Assembly (NCBI GenBank): GCA_963674695.2
Contig: CAXXGI010000001.1
Coordinates: 448,001 to 512,000 of the forward strand
Length of the DNA stretch: 64,000 bases
Direction of reading: 5' to 3'
Origin: a bacterium
GTDB taxonomy: Bacteria; UBA10199; 2-02-FULL-44-16; JAAZCA01
The notes under the pieces were generated by a model. The model had not been told where the DNA came from. It did not search any database and worked only from the letters and a program-made list of their open reading frames with translations. The position numbers and the translations under genes are program-made. This document shows, piece by piece, positions 44,070 through 55,300 of the stretch (positions are counted from its first letter, which is position 1; each line of letters opens with the position of its first letter).

Positions 44070-44828
44070 TCAAGCGGGCTTGTGTCCGATGTAGAGCGGA
44101 TGGCTGGATTCGTATTTGAGGAAGCGCCCGCCGGCACAGTCGCCGAAGACGCGGATGTGCTCGAGGCCGCAGCTCTGCATGAGCGCAACGACCTCCTTCT
44201 TATCGTAGAGCCGCAGGCGATAGTTATAGCGTCGCGCCGAGTCGGTGCGTTCGTCGATGAAGACCGTCTGCACCTCGTTGTAGTTCGTCTTCTTGTCGAA
44301 CCGATATCCCTCCATGAGGAAGGTCCCGTTCTCATCGCGCCACTTCACGGGATCGGCGTTGCGCAGAAACCAGTCGCGGTTGACCAGGTGCAAGACGAGC
44401 TGCCCGCCGGGCTTGAGCGCATTGATGAGCTCATGCATGACGCGCATATTCTTCGCATCGGTAGAGAAATAGCCAAAGCTGGTGAAGAGGTTGAGGACCA
44501 CATCGAACTTCCCGCGAAAGGCCGCGAGATCGGCCATGTCACCCTGGCGCAGCTCGACCGGATAATCGCGACAATGCCCCATGGCCTTTTGCAGACACGT
44601 CTCGCTGATGTCGACGCCGGTCACGGCAAACCCCCGCCGCGCGAGCAGGGCCGTGTGCCGCCCGGTGCCGCAGGGCACATCGAGGATCTTCGCATTCGCG
44701 CGCAACTTGAGCATCTTGACGAGAAAGGCCACCTCGCGCTCGGCGAGCTTGTGAAAATCGGCCGAATCGATCGTGGCCGACGTGTACCAGTCGTCGTAGA
44801 TATGTCGGTGCCAGGCATCGGTAAGCAT
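44070..44828 (-). CDS. Class I SAM-dependent methyltransferase
   Basis: ILDVPCGTGRH, VTGVDIS, GDM, FTSFGYF, LKPGG. Confidence 0.92.
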   Translation of the reverse strand: MLTDAWHRHIYDDWYTSATIDSADFHKLAEREVAFLVKMLKLRANAKILDVPCGTGRHTALLARRGFAVTGVDISETCLQKAMGHCRDYPVELRQGDMADLAAFRGKFDVVLNLFTSFGYFSTDAKNMRVMHELINALKPGGQLVLHLVNRDWFLRNADPVKWRDENGTFLMEGYRFDKKTNYNEVQTVFIDERTDSARRYNYRLRLYDKKEVVALMQSCGLEHIRVFGDCAGGRFLKYESSHPLYIGHKPA

Positions 44829-44862
44829 ATGGCCACCTAGAATAATCTCGCATTTCGAAGGG

Positions 44863-44937
44863 TGTCATCCCCGCGGGGGTCAGCGGGAATCTCGATTTCC
44901 CATGAACAGCGAGATTCCCGCTTTCGCGGGAATGACA
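44863..44937. repeat. Palindromic element 9
   Basis: TGTCATCCCCGCGGGGGTCAGCGGGAATCTCG...CGAGATTCCCGCTTTCGCGGGAATGACA. Confidence 0.88.
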
Positions 44938-45027
44938 AACAAGACACCATCTATAATGATAGGCCCGCAAAGTGGCAACGAAAATGTCAATTCAGGAAAG
45001 AAACCCGGAGAGGGCCATCAACACTGG

Positions 45028-46344
45028 CTATGGAGCAGGGATGAGATCGATGGTAACCCGTCGATTCTGCCGCCGACCATCGCGTGTTCTATTTGATTCG
45101 ATAGGCTGTCTCTCACCAAACGATTCAACCTGAACACGGTCATCCTGAACGCCCTTTTGATGGAGCATCTGAGAAACAGCGCGGGCACGCCTCAACCCTA
45201 ACTGATCATTATATTTTTCATCACCCACAGCATCCGTATACCCCTCAACCCGCGCATGCAGTCGCTCATCGCCTTCCATAACCTGAGCGATGCCATCAAC
45301 CTTCTTGCGGCCAGCTGGCGACATACCGTCATCATCAAATCCGAACAGGATAACTTCTCGAATCCATTCCACATTCTTGCGGACTCTCGCTCGGTTCTGC
45401 TGATTGCGCCAACGCCTTCCCCCATCAAATGAAATGGCAGCAAATGCCCGATATGCGGGCGAACCCAGGGCATCGGTCAAACCGCGTCCACCTCCGAGCT
45501 GCAATGAAATGCCATTTTTGAACTCTTTGGCAATTCCAGCATCAATTTCAATCGGCGTCATCAACTCCTGAAATGAATCCACCACGCTCTCCCCATAAAC
45601 AGATGCTACGATCTTCCATGATCGATTCTGAAACGGAAGCCGCACATCTCCGCCCAATCCAAAGACGAGACGATCATCATCGCTGATGCCCCATGACACG
45701 CCTCCGACCGTATTGCGCACCGTGGTCCTTGCCGCAATACGATACCCAACATTTGCAACAACCGATCCATGCGAAAAACCCTTATCGATGAGCAGCCGAA
45801 ATTCACCCGTGGGATCATTCCATCCGCTAAAATCACGTGTTTGCCCTGTCGGCACACTCAGCCGCCCTAACAATCCTATTCCGATTCGGCCTTCCCCATC
45901 TTGCAGCAGACGACCCTTCACATCGATGAGCAGATCCCCGACGCCAGCCGTTTGAAATGAACGCTGCGTATTGACGCTCATTCCCGTCTCATAGAATTGA
46001 ACCGGAACGATCAGACCAAAATCGAGGAAGTCGGTAAGACCGATGGCTCCGGTCATGTCAGCAAAAACCCATGCATCGACGATACGCGATCGTCTCCGAT
46101 TGACCGGATTGGCCGCTTCCGCCAACCCTCCCGCACCCTGAACGAACACCCCGAAAGCGGGCTTGAGATGCCCGAGCGTCTGCGTTCCCGTAAGTGAGAG
46201 AACGCCGCTTCCGTCACTCGCAGGATGAAAGGTATGAAGGTTGAAACCCGTAAGCGCGGTATCGCTCGCAAAGGCATCCGCATGCATGCAGAACAAACCC
46301 AGAAGTACTATCAAGAGGATAATGACGGCGCGTCTCGTCAACAT
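45028..46344 (-). CDS. OmpA-family outer-membrane protein with N-terminal beta-barrel (TraB-like architecture)
   Basis: Signal peptide; FNLHTFHPA..G.LSL.G.QTLGHL start, amphipathic strands (GVGDLLIDVKGRL); OmpA domain VEGYTD..G..YN.QLG.RRA..NRRV. Start overlaps the upstream stop. Confidence 0.88.
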   Translation of the reverse strand: MLTRRAVIILLIVLLGLFCMHADAFASDTALTGFNLHTFHPASDGSGVLSLTGTQTLGHLKPAFGVFVQGAGGLAEAANPVNRRRSRIVDAWVFADMTGAIGLTDFLDFGLIVPVQFYETGMSVNTQRSFQTAGVGDLLIDVKGRLLQDGEGRIGIGLLGRLSVPTGQTRDFSGWNDPTGEFRLLIDKGFSHGSVVANVGYRIAARTTVRNTVGGVSWGISDDDRLVFGLGGDVRLPFQNRSWKIVASVYGESVVDSFQELMTPIEIDAGIAKEFKNGISLQLGGGRGLTDALGSPAYRAFAAISFDGGRRWRNQQNRARVRKNVEWIREVILFGFDDDGMSPAGRKKVDGIAQVMEGDERLHARVEGYTDAVGDEKYNDQLGLRRARAVSQMLHQKGVQDDRVQVESFGERQPIESNRTRDGRRQNRRVTIDLIPAP

Positions 46345-49300
46345 GAATTTCGCCCTCGTATATTCGCTCGGCGCAGAACAAAAACCCCAAGGATGAGACC
46401 GAACAGGCAAAGCCACATAACGCCCGACACAGAGCGACCGTCTTCACAGAGAGAACACCCGGCCCCTCCGCCACCACCGGCGAATTGCGTTGGATTCGTA
46501 TCGTCGAGCGGATCGTTCGGGTCGGTCTCACCCGAATCGACACGACCGTTGGCATTTCGATCCTCCTCGCCATCCTTCAAGCCACCGCCGTCCGTATCAG
46601 CACTGGCCATATTCGTCGTCGTCTGCGAATCTTCATCGGCAACAAACGCCTCGCTATCCTCATCGGTTGCCTTGATCGGACCAAAACCGTCCGGATCAAC
46701 CGCAGGCTCCGTCAAGCCGAACTCTAAACCGTCGGCAAGGCCATCTCCATCGCTGTCCGTATCGAGGGCGTTGATGAACCCATCGCCATCCGAATCTTCA
46801 AGTGCTGCAATCTCTTGGCCATCCAGAACGCCGTCATCATCGGTATCGGCATCATACGGATCGGTGCCCGCATCATTTTCGGTATCGTCCGAGAGTCCGT
46901 CGCCATCGGCATCAACAACCGAGACATCCATCGCCACATCCTCAACATCCAGCTCGAAGCTCGCAGCCTGCAGCGCTTCGACGAGCTCGGCCAAATCCCG
47001 GTAGAGCGTTTTCACACGTGAGCGATCCAAAACGGAGAGGGCATCCATCGTATCCAACACGATGAGCAACCTCACCTCATGCGACGGCTCACCACGCGCA
47101 GACTCCCACCGCCCGATGAGGCCTTCCAGGAACGCCGACGCCTCAGGCGGAAGATCGTGGGCATCGCGCAGAGCTGCCAAACCCTCGGCACATCGCTGCC
47201 ACAGGTCCGCCCATGTGGGGCCAACCTCCTGGAAAAAGGATATGACCGTCGTATCGGAGAGACCATTATACCAGCTCGTCTGTCGGGTCAGAAGAATCCG
47301 AACAGCATCCCCAGTCGCCGGCATTCGCAGCGTATACACCGCCTCTCGTCTCACGCCAGGAGTAAGATCGAATATCCATGATTCAGATCGATGAGAATCG
47401 TCCCCATCACTCCCCACAAAAGACATGCCGGAGGGAATGCCAGGAAGAAGCCGAACTTGTGCCGCACGATCAGATGCGGCGGCCGAGATCACGAGCGAGA
47501 TGACTTCACCGGGCGAGAGGCTCTCCTCCGTCTGCACGAGTTGCGCAAAAATCTCTTCCCACATCGTGTCCCAATTCGCCTCGAACTCGCCCGCATGTCG
47601 TGTAAGATCCTCTCCATCACCGTCTTTTTCATCAGGCACAAATGAATCCGCCCACACCTTGAGATTCACGCCGACAAAAAGAAGCGAACCATCTCCATAT
47701 TCACGACTTCCAACGACGGTATCGCCTCCGACATGGCTGCACAAACTTGATATTCCAGAAAAGGAACGAATGTTCGATGAAAGCGGAGCGGATACATATT
47801 CCTTCCCCGCGACATTCGCGATCATCTCAATCGGCCCATCGTCGGATGCATCGAGCGTTGCCGTCTGAACACCACCGACCCGATCGAGCATGCGCGTCCA
47901 TTCGACACCCTCGATCGCAAAGGCACTCGCTGTCAGCATCAGCACATCGCCTTTGTAGATGCGCGCGGCAAGTTCACGCAGCACCTGATTATTGAAAGCC
48001 GTGCTCTCGATCTCATGCGTGCCGTTCGGGCTATTGAAGACAAAGACGTTAAACGCGTCGCTGCGCATGCCCCTTTGGAATGAAACCAGGTCCTGCACAG
48101 CCCGAAATCCCCACGCATGATTCTCCGCAAGACGCCTCAGTTCCGCCACCTCGGCATCGCTCGTAGTGTCATCGGTAAACGAGAGAACCAAAATGCGCGG
48201 ATCATCCTTTCGTGCCAGACTCCCCTCTATATCCAAAAGCTCGACATGGCGTTCGCGTGAGGACTCGATATGCCCAAGATAATCCGTACTGCGATGCGAA
48301 ATGACGTGCGCCCCCGGCGCGAGATCACGCAACTCGAATGGTGTTTCATACGATTCCCACGTTCCATCGTCGATCGCATATTCAACCGTGGAGACACCAA
48401 CGATATCGTCGGACGCACTCAACCGCACGGCGGTCGAGGGTGTCACCAGCTGGTCTTCGCCCGCTGCCTGCTGGCTCAACTCGAGAGTACTGGACGGCGC
48501 ATTATTGTCGACCGTCACCGAAAGTTCACGCTCCTCGCGATTCTCGAACTGGTCGATCGCCAAATATCGAATGGCGTGCCCGCCCGCATCGGCAATCCGG
48601 AATGACGGCGCCGCCAGTTCAGCAACGCCTTCAGAAAAGACGGTGACGCGCCCGGCACCATCAAGGCGATGTTCAAGATAGACGACATCCGGCACATTAC
48701 TCTCCGCCCGAACCTGAATGGGGGTCGTGCGATCGATAAAGATCTGCCGACCGCGTCGATATTGGGGTGAACCGATATCAACGCTCGTCCAGGGCGGAAC
48801 AGCATGGAGAACAAACCGAACCTCCTGTTCGCTCTCCGTATTTCCAACCGCATCCTGCGACCAGAATCGCGCCACATGCTCGCCGTCGCCGATGTTCCCC
48901 AACGCTCTCGGCGCGCTCAGATCGTACTGAACGGGTGGCGATTCCAAACGCATGTAGGAATGCGCAACGCCGGATCCCGCATCCGACGCTTGCAGGTTGA
49001 CAAGCGTCGCCGTACCGGACCAGTGAGGGACACCATCGACGCGCTGTTCGATTCCCTCCACCTGCAGCTGACTTACCGGCGGTACATCGTCGAGGATAAG
49101 ACGATGGGCCTTTGGCTCCTCTTCGTTCCCAGCTGAATCGACCGCGCGATGATCGAGGTCGTGAACACCCGGCACCGCCAATCCAAATGACTCCGCATAG
49201 GCTTGCCACTCCGATCCATCCAACCGATATTCGATGCGCCCGATCGATCCGGCCAAGTCGCTTGCCGCGATGAGCATCCGCGTTGTCGGGCCCACCCAGC

Positions 49301-52300
49301 GCTCCTGCGCCTGTTCCAACGTCGGACCCATGACGACCAGTCGCGAGGTCGGCGCCCCCGCATCGAGCGACAGTTCTCCCGTATCCGCCACTGATACATT
49401 CCCCGCCGCATCGGCAACCGTGAAGGCATAGCGATAGCCCCCATCCAGCGCCCGCGCGCGAAACCGATTCAATCCGTCCCAGAGAAACGCATGATCATTG
49501 GGTGGTGTAACGATCGACTGGGGAAGGGCAACAACCTCCTGCTCGCCGGCAAAGAGAGAGAATCTTGCCGCCATCGCCTGCGGCGCTCCATGGTCCGTCG
49601 TCTCGTAGGAGATCCGCACCCCATTCCCTTCGCGCGCAACACCTGTCACCGCAACCGCAGGGGCAAGCGTGTCCACGCGAATTTCACCCACCAGCGGCGT
49701 TGCCGCGACGCTCGCGCCATCGCTCACGTCGATGCGATACGCATAGACACCATCGGCGGCCTCATGTTCGCCAAACCGGCCATCCCAGCGCAGAACGATC
49801 TCATTGGCCTCGCCCTCGAATCGGTCCACCTCGACATCGGCGATATGAAGCGTCGCCTGCAGCGCCCCGCCGAAAGCGCTCGTCACGCGAATATGATACA
49901 CCGCCTCGTCCTGGCGACCATCTGCATTAGGCGAAAAAGCCGGCGTCTCTTCGACGAGGAGAAGCTGAGGCTTCGGCACATCATAGGCGATGATCCGCTC
50001 CGTCGGCATCTCCGCATTCCCAACGCGATCGACGGCACGGACGGCGAGCACAACCTCATCCCGACCCTCGCGCGCGATCCCAAACGGCTGTTCATATCGC
50101 GTCCAGTCCCCTTCATCGATGCGATACTCGATGCGATCGACGCCCGCGGGAACGAGTCCTCCATCCTCCGCCGCACAGGAAAACTGCGTCGCATCGGTGG
50201 CGAGGATCCTTCCCGCCGCCTCCGCAGAGGACCCGAGCACTTCGATGGTGGAGGTGGGAGCCGTGCTATCCAGAACGAGCGGTTGCGCGTGCGCACTCTC
50301 GGCCAAACCGAAGAAGTCGATCCCAAAGAACTCGATCTCATAGACACCCTCGGAGTTCACCCCGAGCGTCACGGGAGCTGAGTAGACCTGATAATCCTCA
50401 TCATTGATCCGATAACGAATCTGATGCGTCTCACTCGAACCCTCCGCCGCAACGATCGCAATCGGCGTTTCGGGACCGACCGTTATCTCGTGTCCATTGT
50501 CCGCATGCGGTTCCCCAACGGAAAGCAGCGTCTCCACCGAGGTTGAGCCACCTCCCGGCTGATCCGGATCGACGATGGAGATGAACACGGTCTGGACCGC
50601 CTCCTGATTCCCTTGATCGTCTTCGGAAAAACAGGAAAACGCATGTCGTCCAGGCGATAACGCCTCGAGCGCAATAATCCCTTCATATTCCTGATAGTCA
50701 CCCTCATCCCAACGGAAGGAGATCGTTCGAATCGCATCCGCGCGCTCAGTGGCATCTTCGACCACCAGCATCAGCTCGCTCTCGGGCGGAACGACCGCCA
50801 GTGCGCCTGGCTCAACGAGCTGCTCGTTGACGACGATCTGTGTGTGCGGTGCGGCGTTGTCGACCACAACGCTTACGGCCGCCTCAGCCTGCTGGCCGGA
50901 GTTTGTTCGCGCCACGGCTCGAATCCAACGCGCGCCATCGGCCCCATCGGAATTCCAGGAAAAATCAAACACATCTGAAGTCCCTGAGAAGATCGTCTCT
51001 TCATGATCCTCTTCATCGGATACCGTCACGACGAGCGAATCGATCGGATCATCATCATCCACACCGCTCACACTGCCCGCCACATGAACGTCACCGTTCA
51101 CAACAGCATTCTCTCCGGGGGCATCGAGCGTTAAGCGCGGATAGCCGTCGTCCTCGCGCATAACGAGATAACGCGAGAAGTGATTGAGCAACCCCGAGAT
51201 CCGGAAGAGGTCGTCCCCCGTTCCGGGGGTTCCCTGATCATCCCAGGTATTGATCGTCGCGAGCTGCTCCAGCTCACCGTCCTCTTTGAGATTGTAGAGG
51301 GCCATCACCGGCACATCGGCGGCGGTGATGCCATAGACGTAATCGCGCACATCCTGCGGCTCCTGTGCATAGAGCGTCTCGATCTCGGCGCGCGTGAAAA
51401 AGACCTCGAGCTGCGGCTGATAGATGGGGTTGAGCTCGATGTCGTCCGGCTTGATCTCGATGACCGGCCCCACCGGCGCAATGCCGCTCGGAAGATAGAA
51501 GCCCGGCGTGTCCATCGGCACCGGCGTCACTGTCACCAACTCCTCAGCGCCGGAGTCACACGGATAGGGCCCCTCCTCCGGGCAGAGGCTGTTCTCGTCG
51601 AAGTGAATCGCATAGCGTCCATAGGGCGAACGGACGACGGAATATTCCCCCATGTGCACCGGCGTTCCGATATCCACATCCATCGTGTCTTCGCTGGCCA
51701 CGGCATCGGCATCATCATAGGTGCGCAACACCACCGTAAAGCTGCGCCCGTTGAGGCGCGAGACGTCCCACCAGGCGAGCGTCCCGCTGCGCGCACCGTT
51801 ACCCTCCGCAATGCGCCGCCAGGCATTGGCGCCCGCATCGAAGAAACGCAGCTCCCACCGCGTGCCGACCACCTGCCCCCGGATCTCGATCAGACGCTTT
51901 GGCGCTGCATCCGGCTTCAAACGCAGGGCAAAGCGATCCTCAACATTCTTATTGCTCTCCGTTACTCCATCCCCGTTCACATCGCGCGTGCCGTCGGAAT
52001 GGACGAGCAGATCGATCACATCGAACGCATCATTGACGCTCCCATCCGGATAGCGCAGATCGATCGTCCATTCATTGATATGGACAACATCCGAAAAGGA
52101 ATAGAAGAGCGGATGATTCGCGATGGGATAGGCGGCATATACCGAGAACGGATCCGTCTCGAGTCGAAAGGCGTCGCTGTTGACATCCTCAACCGATCCC
52201 ACGATGCAGCGTTTCGCGGCCGTCTGAACACCGGTGTCGCGCGTGCCGTTGATGTACTTCACGCCGTCGAAGAGACAGGGGTTTGAAGCGAGGTTGGTGT

Positions 52301-55300
52301 CGTCGCCGGTCTGAAACTGGGCCGGGAGGATATCGACATACATCTGACCGCCTGCCCCGGGGGCGGATGCGCTTCCCAGCCACCCCTGGATCAAGCCGTC
52401 GATATTCAGATATCCATCGCCGCTTGACCTCTCATGATTCTCGCCATTGATGCGCGGCGTGAAGGTCAATTTATAATCATCCACCTGGCTCGATATGATG
52501 TTAGAACCGCCGGAACTGGTCGCCCCGGAATACGCCGATGTATACATGGACCCAGGATATTGGCGTGAGTCGATAAATCCGCTCCCGGAAGAGGCAAACC
52601 AACCCCAGGGTCGAGTCCCCTGCTTTCGTGCATCCGCCCAGAGTTTGACGCTCCCGCAGGTGACGGAGACGATGGCGCCTGCCCCCCCAAACGTTGGAGC
52701 CGTCCACTCCGGCCAGGAAGCACAGTACTGCTGTGTCGTATAGCCCTGTGGATTGCCGCGATCGCATCCCTCAAAAGGGCGCGGACTCGTCGTCGGATTC
52801 TGCGCATACCCCATCGCCGTACACGGAGCGAGGTTCGTCCCGCGCGTACAGCCGTTCATAATGATCTGCTGATCCGCACTGGACAGCGCCCCTTTGGGCC
52901 GCCCCTGCAGGCGAAACGTCACATTGACGGAAGCACCGCTATCGACGGACTGTGTAAATTCAAACGGCCCCTCGTGCATTTGACTGTATCCATCAGATCC
53001 CGTCACCTCGAGCTGAATCGCGCCCGGTATGCTGAGTGACTTCACGCCGTATTGCTTTATCTGAAAGCCGTCCGTGAAGGAGAGCCCCGCAGTCGTCGTA
53101 TAGTTCTGCGCCATCTGGTGTTCCCACTGCGTGCAGACGTTGGCTTGACCGGGGTAGGGATTCTGATCGTAATACACCTTAAACAAGGGCACGTTCTCCG
53201 GCGTGACAGTCGTCTCCTTGTACTCGTCTTCATACCACTCTTCCGTACCCCTCGCCTCAATCTCGTACGTGAAGGGAACGCGCACATATCCCTTCCCCGC
53301 CGCGCGCCAGGAGAAGTCGGCCGAACCGTTCAGCGGAAAGTCGTTGAGCACATCGGCATCGTCGCGCAAAATGCCCGCCCGCTGATCGGGTGTGTCGCCG
53401 GAGACCTGTTCATCGCCGATGAGCATGGAGATGTCGGCTGCAAGCCCCCCGCCGCCGATGGCCAGCGCACGCACTTCAACTCCCGCGGAATCTTCGACCA
53501 GATCGGTGCAGCCCGTATCGATGCACTCGCCACGGATGCGCACCGTAAAATCTCGCCCAGACGCCACCACACGACCGCGGTCGTCGGCGCCGTTCCAGGA
53601 GACGATCCCCTCTTTATCGATGATCCCATTCGTGATGGTGCGCACCACCTCGCCATCTCCGTCGACGATGTCGATGAAGAGGCGTGCATACCGGTTGAAC
53701 TGATAGGCGATCGAGAGCTCTTCAGCCAGAACATCCTGCCCGTTCTCGTCGGTGATGAAGTCGAACGGATCGAAGACGTCGCTCGAGAGCGCAAACGAAA
53801 GCAATGCTAATCCGGTGTTATATTCAGTGGCCACATCCATTCGGATGTCTTCGGTCGTGGCCACATCACCGCCGGTGCCATCGACCGCACTCGCGGTGAT
53901 CCGCGCGCGATAGCGCCCAACGTCGACGCGACGGTTGAGGTTGTCCTTTCCATTCCAAGTAAAATGATACGCCCCCGGCGCACTCGCCCCCATGGCAAAA
54001 CTCGCCACAACCGGACCCACCTCTCCGCCGTCAGCACGATAGAGAGCGATCGAAATATCGGAGGTCTCGTTCTGTAGCGTATAGGCGATCTCGGACTGCG
54101 GATCGGTGGTGGTGATTCGCGCCGGCTGCACGGAGAGGCCGGTGAGGACCGGCCCGACATTCTCCGGATCGGTCGGATCGGTCGCCGGGTCGTTCGGATC
54201 ATACGGTGTACCCGGCGCTACGTTTCGCACCTGCACGACGACCGAATCGAAGCTGATGCGCTCGGGCACATTGCCGCTTCCATCGATCACCTTGAGCAGA
54301 ATCGTATAGAGTCCATTCGGTGTGACCGCCATATCGCTCGCGTCCCAATGGGCGAGCAACCCATGCTGCACGGGGCGCACCGAGACATTGGCACTCGGAT
54401 AGGCATCATCGGCCGGCTCGCGCGCTACATCATCGGGAGACTGATGCTGAATTGGCACGGGGACGCCGGACCAAGCCGACCCCGCATCCCCCGCGTGAAG
54501 CGCCTCATCTTCATCCACCAGCCACGCGCCAGGCCGCACATAGACCTTGTAGGCGAGAAAGTCGAAGTTGTCGTTCCCTTCACCGATGTTCGGGTCGGTC
54601 GCAATGCCGCGAATGCCGACCATCCCGTGGACGGTCGGGTAGCGCTCATCCTCCTCGTCGGCATCGATGGGCGCATCGATCTCAGCGCGCACGCCAAAGA
54701 CGATGAGCGGCGCGTTCACACGCGAGGTGAGCCCCAGGTCATTGGTGGCGCTGAGCTGAACGAAATAGAGCCCCTTGGGGAGCGCCACATCATCGTTTTC
54801 GGTGACCGTCCCCTGGGTGTTCACGCCGTCGATCGCAATCGCATTGCGCCCCTCCGCCTGGCGTTCATCCTCCGCCACCCGATAGATTCGATTTCCCGCC
54901 GCATCGAGCAAGTCGACGGTTACAGCCGCCTCGGTGGAGAGGAGATAACGAATCTCGGCCTCCTCGTTGTGGCCGTCACCATTGGGCGTGATGAGCTTGG
55001 GCAGGACCGCCACGTCCTCGATGCGCGTGATGGGCATCTCCATCTCGGCGAGCACCCGGTCATAGACATGCACGTTCTCGCCGAGCGTCAGTTCGACGAA
55101 ACGCTCGCGCGAGACCTTATAGACCGCCGTCTGATCCCAGCCCGAGACCGAGGTCAGAAGCCCCTCATAGAGGTCGAAGGCCACGACACCCGTATCGAGG
55201 GCATCGCCCGCCTCGTAGGGCATGCGCCAACTCCACCGCCGCACGCGCGTCCCGTCCGGATGCACGGCATGCACCGAGCGATCGGCGAGCAGGACGATCA

